64,000 bases of DNA from Lytechinus pictus. Lineage: Eukaryota. Of the stretch, positions 1 to 11,879 are shown one piece after another (position 1 is the stretch's first letter; each line of letters opens with the position of its first letter). The stretch covers positions 1,924,001-1,988,000 of the forward strand of contig NC_087251.1 of NCBI RefSeq assembly GCF_037042905.1, read 5' to 3'. The notes under the pieces were generated by a model. It was not told the origin of the DNA, did no database searches, and saw only the letters and a program-made list of their open reading frames with translations. The translations under genes were made by a program, and so were the position numbers.

Positions 1-64
1 ACGATGCTCAATAAATATTAAGATTATATTTTTTTGTATTCTTCTCAAACACCATCCCTTAAAG

Positions 65-159
65 GTTCTCAGTTCAGTTATGGCGAGGATGGAAGAATAT
101 TTCGATGATCCACTCCTGTTTAATCCTGATCGCTTCAAACCAAGAGAAGATGATAAACT
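65..159 (+). CDS. CYP46A1: Cytochrome P450 (CYP46A1/cholesterol 24-hydroxylase-like), antepenultimate coding exon (PERF region); upstream exons are outside the window
   Basis: Acceptor AG 63-64, donor GTAAGT at 160. Translates VLSSVMARMEEYFDDPLLFNPDRFKPREDDK(L), with the PxRF motif, resembling CYP46A1 [20 protein letters not shown]. Ends in phase 2, compatible with the next exon. Confidence 0.9.
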
Positions 160-462
160 GTAAGTACAAGTTTTTATTATTATTATTACTATTTCTATTT
201 GCAAAGCTTATGGTATGCCCTTTGACGATATTGCGACACAAGTTCTCGAATATTTGGTATTACTTGACATGATTTGGGGAGCGTGGTACTGGCCTATTAA
301 AATAACAAATAGCCGATGCTTTTATGGTCTTAACGATGACTGTCCAAATAACTAGATCAGTTTGAAATGCATACAAAACAGCAATATTCTAATTTGATAT
401 ACCATATACATATTAAAAGTTTATTGTTTGGTAATAAGCCATGTATTTTCAAGAATCCAGTC

Positions 463-562
463 CATTGCCTTTTCTGGTTGACATACTCAACAAAGGATGA
501 GTGTGCCGACTAGGAATGGCAATGCACATTGGTCATCCCCACCCCACCATACAATTATTTTT
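463..562 (+). repeat. Copy 1 of a triplicated ~100-bp hairpin-containing segment (others at 6408-6508, partial, and 7163-7290)
   Basis: Direct sequence match; 463-524 folds as a ~27-bp imperfect stem with an 8-nt loop. Confidence 0.85.
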
Positions 563-1088
563 ATTACTTTAACATAATGAACATTTTAACATAAATATAT
601 ATTTAACCAATTTTGAATGGATAACAATACATGTAGATTAAAGAGTGGATTGTATGAAATAATGCTTCCTTTTTAGAAAAGAAAAAAAAGAAAGCTATTA
701 ATTTGGGTGAAATTGAAGGAGAAAAACATGTATAAACATTATAAATGAAACAGTAATCTGGGTTGGGATTGTTCTCGATATGCTTGATAATGATTCTAAA
801 GAAACACTGTGTTGATGAAAATAATAATAGTTGGAGGAATCGGAGTAATGAATGAATTATCTCAAAAGGAATTTAAATTAAAAATAAGAGGACGTGGAAG
901 TAATATGATCTGAACAAAAATATAAATATAAATGTAAAGTGGGTTATAACATTATTAGCCAGTGATTTTTCGGAAAAGAAAGTTGAGTGATTACTGCAGA
1001 AATTAACAATTAGAAAAATATTTCTAAAGTCAGTTACAGTTTAAGAGAAGCTACAAATAAAACAACAAAGGTATAAAGAAATAGTTCT

Positions 1089-2089
1089 TCACAGTCCATG
1101 GGAGTTTAAAAGTCTCGTAAAGAAGGGGACTGGGCTGTTCCTGTAGCGATCAGTTCTACTTCTAGGTTCGATGCATATTCTTCTTGTTCTTAGTGTCCTT
1201 GTATTTGTGTTCCTATCAAACCATGGGCACCCAGATTCAAAAGCTTTCCGAGCAAACTGTAAGCAAAGTTGATCACGTCTACTTCTCAAGGTAGGCAGCT
1301 GTGCTGATTCGAGAGCATTCTCATATGAATGATATTGAGGGCCGAGGATGATTCTGAGGGCTCTCTTCTGCACAGCTTCGATGTTTTGGCTTTGGGCTGA
1401 GGTCAGCGAACCGTGCCAAACAGGGCAAGCGTATTCAAGTAGAGGACGCACGAATCCTGTGAATACGACAATCAAGTCTCGTAGTGGAAGAGCGAACCGT
1501 TTAAGAGATCTTACCATGAACATTCGACGGTTGGCTCGCGATACGATGTCACGAATGTAAGCGTCCCACTTAAGATTTCCTTGAATGATCACCCCGAGCA
1601 CTTTAATCTCGTTTGCGGCACGCAGCTCCTCATTATTGAGATTCACTTGAGTTGGCGGAGGAAGATTTTTCTTGAAGCATACCTGCATGGTGGAACATTT
1701 CCTCGCGTTGAGTAGCAGATGGTTATCACGGCACCATGACTCAAGGATAGAGAGCGAGTCGTGTAACACATCATCACGATCCAAGACATTGCGAGAAATT
1801 GCTATTGTCATGTCATCTACGTATTTCCAGTGAGCGACAGGCTGGTCGCGTAAAACATCATCGATTAAGGCAAGGAAAATCAAAGGACCAAGGCGTGTAC
1901 CTTGGGGGAAACCTGCTTTAACTACTTGCCAATCTGAAAACTTTCCTTGGTAACGGACACACGTCATGCGACTCGTCAAGAAGTCACATACCCACTGGAT
2001 AATATACGGGCTTGCTCCAAGATTGATCAATTTTGTGACTGCGATTGTATGACTGACTCTGTCGAAAGCCTTGCTGAAGTCCGTACATA
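1089..2089 (-). pseudogene. LINE ORF2, reverse transcriptase C-terminal part
   Basis: ORF 1089-2030 extends upstream to TDFSKAFDRVSH at the MITE junction; contains PQGT..GP and YVDD. Confidence 0.9.
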
Positions 2090-4632
2090 CATGGGCGGAA
2101 ATCCCAGGGGGGACAGGGGGGACGTGTCCCCCCTACTCAAAATAGTAGGGGGGACACAATATCAAATGTCCCCCCTACTATTTTTGGTCTTTTATGATGG
2201 TAAGAAATACATCATTCTAAATCGAAATAAAACATGTATTTTGGAACGAGATGACCTTACTTTGGCGATGATAACCTTTTTTTTTGCTCGTCAAATTTTC
2301 CCGCCCCTTCCCTTGTCCCCATAGGCGGATCCAGGGGGCCGAGGGGCCCGCCCCCCCCCCCCCTTGGCGGAGCAAAAAAAGGGAAAGAAAGAAGGAAAAA
2401 GGAGGGAAAAGAGAGGAGAAAAAAGAAGAGAAGGACGACGAGTGCATAAAATAAGACGAGGGGAAGACTTGGAAAATAAAAAGAATCTTTCGTGCCACTA
2501 TATAAAATTTTCGCTCACGCAAGTTCAATATGGAGTTCGAATATCAAGTTTGGAAGTCAATATACAAAACATATTTCACCTCGGAAATCGAACTTTCATT
2601 ATTTTGTGTAACTTACAAATTGGTTTTTAAACAGTGCTCTGTAAAAATGTCAGTTTTATGGTCTGAATGTTAACATTTGCTGCTTGCGCTGCGCGCTCGC
2701 AAATTTTGATTTTTCAGGTACCTATTATTTTCGTGTATTCCATAAAGTTTCAAAATATCCCTTTTCAGGTCTGATTGTCAAGACGTATCAGCTAGCGCGC
2801 TGCACGCTCGCATTTTGATTGGCGAGTTATATAAATGTTTTAATATTGATTATACAACAAACTACTAAAAATCCCCTTTTCATGACAGTTTATCAAAAAA
2901 ATTTAGCTCGCGATTTGCGCTCGCATTAATGGTTAAAAATATATTAACTGATGCATCCTATTCATAATCACAAAAGTGAAATGTCCAGTTTTTATGCCAT
3001 GATATCATCAGATATGGCGCCCTCATTAGGCATTAATAAATATGATATTAATCTAATAATTAAATTGTCCCTTTTGTTTCATCTCGCGCTTAGCAAGAGG
3101 AATAGGAAGATAGTCATCATTTTCATATGATGACATGTCGTAAGGATGTCCCGGTCCTATGTCAAAACTCAAAGTAATAATAATAATATCAGCTCTTTTC
3201 TAAGTGCGATCCATATCCACCTTGCAATTTTTCTACAAAGTGCTTGAAATATAAAGCTGAAATTAACTCTTTTTTCAGATCGGAATATCAAAGTTTCATG
3301 ATTTTCAAGATGAAAGTTGTATTTAGAATGCCTAAATTCTAGGTCTAAATATGAAACACGCTCGCGCATGTTTATTCAGATACCCAACTTGTTCTCTAAT
3401 TTAAATCATAATCCAACTATCACAATATCAAAATTTTTCTGCCCGCGCTTTGTGCTCGCATTATTAATGTAGGAAGACCCCATATTACTCATCCTTTTGA
3501 TGATTTACAAAACATGAACAGATTGGCCCATTTTTAGGTCTAAATCTCGAATTTTTGTTCTGCTCGCGCTTCGCGCTCGCATCAATCGTTAAATTATATA
3601 GCTATCCTGTTCACGATTACAAAAACTGATTAAAATTTTCCATTCTTTCGTTAGAAAGTTCAAAATATTTCAGCTCGCGCTTCGCGCTCGCATTTTTTGA
3701 TTGTTGAAATATGTAACGCCTTCATGGCTAAGTGCAAGCAGTCCTTAACAGGTACCTTTTCAACAGATACCAGTTCAAAACGTATATAAAAATTTTCTGC
3801 TCGCGCTTTGCGCTCACATTATTAATACTCCTTTTCAGGATTTACAAAACATGAATAGAGGGTCTCGTTTAGTAAATATTATAGGACTAAATCTCGAAAT
3901 TTTTCGCTCGCGCTTCGCGCTCGCATTAATTGTTTACTCATATACCTATTATACCTATATCTGCTTGAGTTACCAAAAGTGTTTAGAATTTCCATTCTTT
4001 AGGTGAAAATGTCAAAAAAATTCATATATATTTGAGGAGTGTACATTATGTATTTCATCATGTTCATAGTATGACCTTCGCGCTCGCATTAATTGTTTAC
4101 TCATATACCTATTATACCTATATCTTCTTGAGTTACAAAAAGTGTTTAGAATTTCCATTCTTTAGGTGAAAATGTCAAAAAAAATTCAGCTCGCGCTTCG
4201 CGCTCGCATTGTTTGATTGTTAAATGCTACTTTAACAGGTATATTTTCCATCAGTTCATTTCTGCTCGCGCTTTGCGTTCGTAGTAATTATTAAGTTGCA
4301 CACACATCTTTTTCAGGATAACAAACATTGCCCAGAATCAGTTCAAATTTTAGGAAATAATACATAAAATTTCAAAAAAAAAATTGCTCGCGCTTCGCGC
4401 TCGCATCATATAAATAAGGATTCTGATATTATATATTAATTCATAAGAATAAAGCTAAGAAGTGTCTAATGAGGACTACCCCTTCAAAGAAACAAACAAA
4501 AATCATCTTCGAGCTGCCGATCGGGAAAAATATGGCTGAAACAAATTTTCGCCCCCCCCCCCCCCTATTGGCGAAGGCTGGATCCGCCCCTGTAATGTCC
4601 CCCCTACCTTTTGGGAGAGATTTCCGCCCCTG
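2090..4632. mobile_element. Non-autonomous hAT-type DNA transposon (composite MITE)
   Basis: TIRs CATGGGCGGAAATC / GATTTCCGCCCCTG; exact 8-bp TSD CGTACATA (2082-2089, 4633-4640); splits the RT ORF. Interior has many GCTCGCGCTTCGCGCTCGCA motifs. Confidence 0.9.
2320..4592. mobile_element. Inner TIR pair (second hAT-like MITE) nested inside the 2090-4632 element
   Basis: CATAGGCGGATCCAG ... CTGGATCCGCCCCTG inverted ends; no clean TSD visible. Confidence 0.6.
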
Positions 4633-4929
4633 CGTACATACAATAGTAGATACATTATTAGATATTTCAGAGCTTTCAGCAAGAAAGTTGACGATGTCTA
4701 CCAAGCAATGATTGGTTGATACCCCAGGTCTGCATCCATATTGCTTGGTGTCTAGGTAAGGGTTAATGTCCATTAACAGGCGTTTCGCGATGAATAGCTC
4801 TGCGATCTTGGAAAAATGGTCTGTGAGTGAGATCGGCCTTAATTTGTCAACGGTGCTAGGTGGGGAATCCTTAGGAATAGGCACAATAATTGCTTTTTTC
4901 CATTGCGATGGCACGGAAGCTTGAGCATA
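4633..4929 (-). pseudogene. LINE ORF2, reverse transcriptase N-terminal part
   Basis: YAQASVPSQWKKAIIVPIPK...LRPISLT...QYGCRPGVST...STIVCT; joins DFSKAFD in frame across the MITE. Confidence 0.88.
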
Positions 4930-5286
4930 TTTATTTATTTATTTATTTATTTTGTTTTATTTACCCAGGGTAGTCTCTTCAGTATACAACTGCTTAACAA
5001 GAGAGCCCTGTTAAAATGTTAACAATAAAATATTACAATATCATAAAATGTAAAAGAGTAAAACATTACATACAATATACAGAGAAAGCAACTATAAAAA
5101 CCAGAGAACAACAAATTATACCAGCATGATAAAAAATAGAAATACTAAAAATAGAGTAATACAATAAAATCAGTTATCGCCAGTTAACGTCATAATGGCG
5201 GTCTTATCTTCGATTTTTTATTAACATCAAGTAAAAAGAAAAAAATGCTAAAAAGGTAAACATATATAAAAATATAGAGTACAATA
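4929..5286 (-). mobile_element. 3' tail fragment of an L2/Crack-like LINE inserted in the host LINE
   Basis: (ATTT)n tail, then a stem-loop CAGGG...CCCTG; same architecture as the LINE tail at 33128-33210; interrupts ORF2 between ILN and YAQ. Confidence 0.7.
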
Positions 5287-6407
5287 AAACATTCAGAATC
5301 TTACACAGAGGTGAAGAGAGCTCAAGAGCGAATTCTCGAATGAGACGTGCAGGGATCCCATCAGGTCCGCTTGACTTCCCAGGTTGGGTCCTCCTAAGTT
5401 CCTTGTAAACTTCCCACGGTTGGGTCGTAGTGGGTTTACCAGAAGGAAGGTAAGCAGGTAACTCACTCGTAGACAGTGCTGGAATATCTTCACTAACATT
5501 AGCAAAGAAGTCATTGACTGCGTTGGCTATACCACACTGGTCGTCCTTTTGGATATTTGGAACACGGATGTCGTTGTTCATTCTTTTATCCGTACCAGTC
5601 ATGATTTTTATGTTCTTGTACCAACTAGAAGGGTTGTCACGTTTCAGTTTCTGAACTCGATCAACGTAGAATTTAGATTTCAGAAATTTTACATTACGCG
5701 CAACCTTGTTCGAAAGGTATCTCCATCTCATTCGGTCATTGTGAAAAGCAACTTGTCTTTGATGAATGAGAGATTTCAGGTAAGGCGTAATCCAAGGTTT
5801 GTCTGTAGGATGTAGCTTTATCGTCTTCAAAGGAAAGTACTCATTCATCTTGTTGATAAGTGTGTCGTAGAAATTGTCACACATCACTTGGAGGCTGTCC
5901 TTCTGGTTAACCTCGGACCAGTCGTGATTGCAAATCCACTGGCCAAAGGAACGAATATCTGACTCTCTCATTGGTCTGACGGTTCGTTTCCTGGTTGACA
6001 GACTTGTCTGGTGGGGAAGGCTTTCTCTTGGCAACCACAAGACAGCATTATGGTCAGACAGTCCAATTGGTGACGAAATGTCCGGTTCATTGTAAAAGGC
6101 TTGGAGATTAGTGATGATCTGATCAAGAATCGCCTCACCTCTTGTGGCCTTTTTGACAACTTGGAGCAACTGATTTCCAGAACACAGGGGTGTGATATCG
6201 ACCCTGTTAAGATCTCCAAGGATGACTAAGGCGGCATATGGATGTCTTGTCTTGATGTCGTCAACACAATTTGTCAGGTATTGCAAGAGTTCGGCTTCTA
6301 GCTCGTTATCCGGTGGGAAGTAGACAGCTGCAATGAAAATACTGCTGACTGAGCGTGGAAGACGGCTGGGTCTGATCTGGATCCAAACTACCTCATGGGG
6401 ATCAGCG
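5287..6407 (-). pseudogene. LINE ORF2, APE endonuclease (5'-truncated) and linker
   Basis: EVVWIQIRPSRLPRSVSSIFIAAVYFPP, ILGDLN, ILDQI, SDH, KPWIT and GPDGIP motifs. Confidence 0.88.
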
Positions 6408-6508
6408 ACAAAAGATGAGTGTGCCGACTAAGAAAGACAATGCACAATGGTCATTCCCACTCCACCATACAATTATTTTTGTAATTTAAATAAGTGTCAC
6501 TCTCCACT
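6408..6508 (+). repeat. Copy 2 (partial, starts at the hairpin loop) of the triplicated segment
   Basis: Matches 490-562 and 7193-7290. Confidence 0.85.
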
Positions 6509-7162
6509 TAAATAAATTGTCTCTTGAGGGTTAAATCTTGTTCAAAAATTTAAAACTAAATTGTCTAATTCTGTTATCAACAATTAAATGCAACTTAAAA
6601 TAAAATACATGGTTCCAATTAAAGAAAAATTGGTAATGAGAAAAGATTAGACCAAAAAGATACAAAGCCTGGTTCTTCCGATATCCGCCTCCGAACATAA
6701 TAAAGAATATATCTTTCTTGTAGGTAAAGAATCTAGAGTTATTTGTTCTCCACTTTTTAATGAAATTAAAATTCGTTCACTTTTTTTTATTCGAGTAGAT
6801 AATTTTCCTTAAACAACTTATTCAACCAGAAATCAGGAAAAGACTTTTTTAATTTAGCATATTCTAAATTGAATAAAAGCTGAGAAGAAAATACAGATTT
6901 ATTCAAAATATTTGGTGCTAACCTCTGACGATTTCTTATAACATCTTTCACCCTAATTATACCTGCATGCTTCCATTTCTCACATACCGACATACGTTTA
7001 TTAAAAGTTATATTGCTGTTATTACAAATGATTTCATTTTCAATGTTTTTTACTCCAAATATACCAACATATCTTAACTTAGACCAGCTACAAAAAAAAT
7101 CATAATAAAAACTAGGTATATTTGTTTTTGTACAAAGAAAATGCATATCTTTTGTTGATATG
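6509..7162 (-). mobile_element. Degraded L1/Tx1-type LINE ORF2 fragment
   Basis: ORF 6787-7167 (PSFYYDFFCSW...IICNNSNI...WKHAGIIRVKDV) resembles the post-RT region of Tx1/L1 ORF2. Confidence 0.55.
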
Positions 7163-7290
7163 CCCATTGCCCTTTTCTGGTTGACATACTCAACAAAAGA
7201 TGAGTGTGCCGACTAGGAAAGACAATGCACAATGGCCATCCCCACCCCACCATACAATTATTTTTGTAATTTAAATAAGTGTCACTCTCC
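7163..7290 (+). repeat. Copy 3 of the triplicated hairpin segment
   Basis: Matches 461-562 and 6408-6508. Confidence 0.85.
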
Positions 7291-7850
7291 TCTCCTTCAA
7301 GTCTGCCATTATCATGTTACATTCGTTCATGCATTTATTCATTGCCTTTTATATTTTATCTGAATTGTATTTACTATTAAATGTATAGCCTTTTAATGTA
7401 TTTTACTATGGTTTTTACTATGCATTTAATAGTGCCAACACCAACTTGTAAACATGATTTTTCAAGCTCCTGCTGTTTTTTTTTTCATGTGTGATTGTTA
7501 ACATATTTGATTATTAATAAAGACCATTTTTGACCAATTGAAATGTGCTGGTTTAGATGACTTCCAAGGTATAAAATCACTCATATTCTTTGGTACACAG
7601 CGTACGTTATCATTAGGTCAAAGATACATAACTTATCATTGCTTTTAATAAAATACATTGAACTATTTTAATTGAATGGTGCATATAGCTACTCACTCGA
7701 ATGTAATACACAGGATTCATGTTACAGTAGACGTGATAAACTGCTATCAGTAATAACAGGTGGTTCATGATTTACCATTAAAACTTTAACACATTTTCAG
7801 AAGTTAATCCGATTTTAGATCAATTCATTTTTTGTTCTCCTTTTATTCAG

Positions 7851-7923
7851 ACCAAGGCACATCTATGCATTCTTTCCCTTTTCAATTGGACAACGATCTT
7901 GCATCGGCCAGCAATTTGCCCTG
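7851..7923 (+). CDS. CYP46A1: CYP46A1-like P450, heme-binding exon
   Basis: Polypyrimidine tract + CAG acceptor, donor GTAAGC at 7924. Translates PRHIYAFFPFSIGQRSCIGQQFAL, containing the FxxGxRxCxG heme-thiolate signature. Phases match both neighbours. Confidence 0.93.
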
Positions 7924-8255
7924 GTAAGCAAACAGAAATCAGGTTTCTCCGAAAGATAAAACATGAACACTATGAAAAATGTTTCTATTTTAGTGATTCG
8001 ATTGAACTACGCGAATCGCGGGCATGACGTACCTTTTTATTTGCAGTGATACCACAACTCATTTGTGAATCGTTTTATGAAATCATTTTATTTTCTTTAA
8101 CTAACCAATTAATAGAGAAAAGTATGTATGGCAATCTTGTGATATTCTTAGAGTCGTACAAAGTTTGATAAGAGGTTTTAGACAAATATCCTCCTTTGTT
8201 TAAGTGCCCCCGTAAACTTTAATTTTGATCGATTTCTTTGTCTCTTCTCATTTAG

Positions 8256-8396
8256 ATTGAAGCAAGAGTAATCCTGGGTAAACTGCTTCAGCGGTTTGAG
8301 TTTCATTTTAACCAGTCTCAGCGCACTGTCATGCTTGATGAACTCACCATGAAACCATTGGATAAATGCAAGAATTACTTGACACTCAGGGCTTGA
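8256..8396 (+). CDS. CYP46A1: CYP46A1-like P450, last coding exon
   Basis: TTTAG acceptor; translates IEARVILGKLLQRFEFHFNQSQRTVMLDELTMKPLDKCKNYLTLRA*, stop TGA 8394-8396; similar to the CYP46A1 C-terminus. Confidence 0.9.
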   Translation: MEARVILGKLLQRFEFHFNQSQRTVMLDELTMKPLDKCKNYLTLRA

Positions 8397-8524
8397 ATGT
8401 CACTCTGCACCAACTGAAGAGTCGAAATCACGTGATGATATTTCAATCTCTAGTTTCAGAGGCGTAATTGACACAATGCTGTTGGACTGACTGAATACGA
8501 ACACCAAATTTTAAACTCAGCCCT

Positions 8525-8576
8525 GATGATGATGACGAGGACGAGGATGAGGATAATGATGATGATGATGATGATG
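8525..8576 (+). repeat. (GAT/GAG)n microsatellite in the CYP 3' UTR
   Basis: Visible trinucleotide repeat. Confidence 0.9.
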
Positions 8577-10341
8577 GTTCACAACATTTATATTGCGCCT
8601 ATTTGGAGCCTGACTGGTACAACAAAAGTAGAGCTTCAACCCTTTACAATTACCTTATACTTTGGAATGAGACTCATGAGTAATGATACTCATCATCAGC
8701 ATAATCAAGCCTATATCTTGCTAGATGAATACCTGAAGGGTCCTTACACTTTGATCTTGAATGATAACCAACATACTATTCATCTGGACAAAGTTAAGAA
8801 TATTTTAATTGTGATGGGTTGACTTGAAGTATCCACGTTTCACAGTACAAGTTTTTCGGACAAAATTTAGATGATAATCATCAGACAGTGAATCATTCCA
8901 TAAAGCTTTATGACCACCCCCCCATACCCCCCCCCCCCGAAAATTAAGACTTTGAATCAAGTATAACGAATGTCTATTATTAAAGTACTGTTTTATTGAA
9001 GTATAAAAATACGATCGACAAAGTGTTATTTTTATTGCACTTTCGTGTTATCCTCTGTATATTTTTGTTCGTTTTACTTGGGATTATGGATCATAGCAGA
9101 CCGAAACGAATCAGTTTATGATAGGAAATTGAAAGGAGATTTTCTTGCGATGGAGTATACATCTATGTATTACAAAGAAATATAGCCCTGTTTAAATAGA
9201 CTACACGACCAATGGGTAAAATGAATAGTATACTATGTGAACTGTTTTGGTTTGATTTTGTTCGTAATAGACATTTGTTTAATAGTATTCTTAGCATTTG
9301 CCATTTTGCCTTCTATATTCTACAACCGTGGTTGTCTAAAATATTTTGCTTTGTATGTTAGTAATGTATTTGTCATTTGATTTTTTTTTCAATATGACAT
9401 TTAATGTTTTAGTTGTCGAATGAAATGACGAAAACATGACACGAATTTTCATGTTTTTTCATTTCCATAGATGAACTTCTGGTAACTTTATTCTAACGAA
9501 TTATATCGAAGAAACCTTCACAAACAATGGTAAAGAATTATTGCAAAAATATATGTAATAAAGATTAATGAACAATCATAAAATATTTATCTTTACCCAA
9601 TTATATTGCATATTAATCCAATGACGTTTATTTACAAGGTCATACAAATATTGTCATTTGAAAATAATTATGTGTTTGTAATAACAATCAGTATACTTAC
9701 TATAAATAAAATACATTTATATCTGTGATAAAGTTGTTTTGATTTAGTACATTAATAATCTTACCAGTGACAATGGGTAATCATGGGAATAAAGTTTTCA
9801 TTTACAGAAGAAGTAGTAGCAAATTCAATAAATCGTATTTTCATTTAAAAGTAGCGATTCCTTAGTTTTCTGGAAGAGAGTGTGGTTTTAGAACGCAATT
9901 TTGCAACGTGAATCTTTCTGTACAATGTGTAACAAATTAAACATGTTAATTCGTGGTTATAATCTTCTACTAAAAATAATGATTCAATAAAGAAATTATA
10001 AAACATTAAACATGTTAAAGGCAAAATCCATCCAAAAGTGGATTTCAATGAGACAAAAAAGGAGAATGACATTAATATAACATAAGGAAATCCATATAAA
10101 TCGAGTGTAAAATTATTGCGTTTTCTTAAATATTGATTATTTTCACGAATCGGTAATTAATCTTGGATCTTTTTTTTAACTGCATCGATTTTAAATAAAA
10201 CCAGATGGACTGAAATTCGGGACCAATCGATTTTTTAAATTCATTTTAAGAATAAATATTTAGGTTTCAAATGTAATCAAGATTTCGAGTGGCACTGCGT
10301 GTCGATGCATTTTAAACCCACACAGTTTAGAGTGTGAAAGG

Positions 10342-10488
10342 CATGGGCCGCGGAACGGTTTTGAAAGTGCAGGCAGACCATGAAAAAAAAAACGCAATCT
10401 GATTGTATTTTTACGTTTTTGTACATGGTTTTGGAAAAGAAAGTGGGGGGGGGGCTGAAGCCCATCCACCCCCTCCCCGCGGCCCCTG
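10342..10488. mobile_element. Small hAT-like MITE remnant
   Basis: Ends CATGGGCCGCGG / CCGCGGCCCCTG; no exact TSD. Confidence 0.5.
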
Positions 10489-11879
10489 AAATGGGTGTGC
10501 AAATAAGGGAGTTAGTGATACCACACACAACTATGAAATCTACTACTGAACTTTTAATTCCTCTAATTATTTCAATAAACTTGCCAATTAGGATGGGCTT
10601 AATCATTTAGTAGCGTATATAGTATGGTTACATGTAGAGAAGTGAAGGCAATATTTCCAGCAATCCCACAAAGTATAACCAAAGTATAACGAACGCTGCT
10701 TTCGTTTCAAGTGATAATGCCACCATCTATTCTCCATTTTCCATTCTCTCGTCGGTGTTAGAACTTTGATATTTGTCATCATAATCACGTAGATGCTTTC
10801 CATGCTCATCATCAGGGTGGAGGACAATAGATCCATTCTGTTTGGGTCCTGGATCTGTCGTTGATACTGTCTGCGATTTTCGAAGGAACGCACGTTCAAC
10901 CCATCTTGGTATGTCTCTATCGTTACCAACGTTGTACATCCTCAGGACAATTATTGCCACCTCCCTTCCCTGTCCCTGGCATTTCTCCATTACTTAATCA
11001 CTAAGAAAACGAATATTATTACTAATAACACTAACAGTACATGCTTATGAAAATGGAAAGTTGCGGATGTGACATCGTCAGCCCACCTAATGAATATTCA
11101 TAACGATGTGCATATCACATTACGAATAACTTCGTTCGGCATTTCGCTGGGTGCAACATACGTTGTAATTATTTTCAGACCGGAATACCCTTTTTTAATG
11201 TTTCCATTTAATTTTATCATCCGTGTCATCCCTCTATGTCTAGAAATACGTCAAGTAGATTTAGTGACTTGCATGGAGAATGCAGACATTAGTTGATTAC
11301 CTTGAACCTTGAAGGAATAATCCCTTAAGCAGCTCTTCCAAGCTAAACCTGGGGCTAAACAATAGGTTAACAAAATATAATTTCCCAGTTCTTTTCGGTA
11401 GGCACTTATGATCCAAGTTTGAAAGGAGACTCGTAAAATGACGTCACTCTCGCCGATGAATATTCATTAGATCGTGGTCGTGCGTGTTCAATACACACTG
11501 CGTGCAGGGATGCAGATAGTTATATGCGAGGAACTTTGGCTCCAGAGACAAGTTGTCAAATAACGTGTGTGTGTGTGCGTGTGTGTACCATCGGCTGGTA
11601 GTATTCCATGCTGTCTAAGACTTCAAACGCGTCGGAGAGAGTGCATGGCAATTCGGTAAAACGAAGTTTCCGATATAAAGAGATAATAAAATAACACTAT
11701 GTACAGTACGTTGAGAGGCAAATGTCAGATCAGGGGAGGCAGGAGTACAATCAGGTTTTTTTTTAAAGGGAAGAATAGTGTAGAATAAAAGGTATTATAT
11801 ATATAGCCAAATGATCTAGGTGAGGGAAGTGAACAATGATGTTTTTTAAAAAAAGAATGAATATATACCTTACCTGAAT

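Larger units (their letters stand above)
563..6407 (-). mobile_element. 5'-truncated non-LTR retrotransposon (CR1/L2 group, Crack/Daphne-like) in the CYP intron, with two nested insertions
   Basis: Removing inserts 2090-4632 and ~4929-5286 restores a nearly continuous ORF2: APE endonuclease (VYFPP, GDLN, SDH), KSSGPDGIP, LRPISLT, QYGCRPG, DFSKAFD, PQGTRLGP, YVDD. AT-rich 3' UTR lies at 563-1088. Confidence 0.9.

Noticed and set aside
1947..4711. Short ORFs inside the hAT MITE
   Set aside because: Low-complexity or chance frames; no transposase motifs.
8526..8822. Poly-Met ORF after the CYP stop
   Set aside because: Starts in a (GAT)n microsatellite in the 3' UTR; no protein features.
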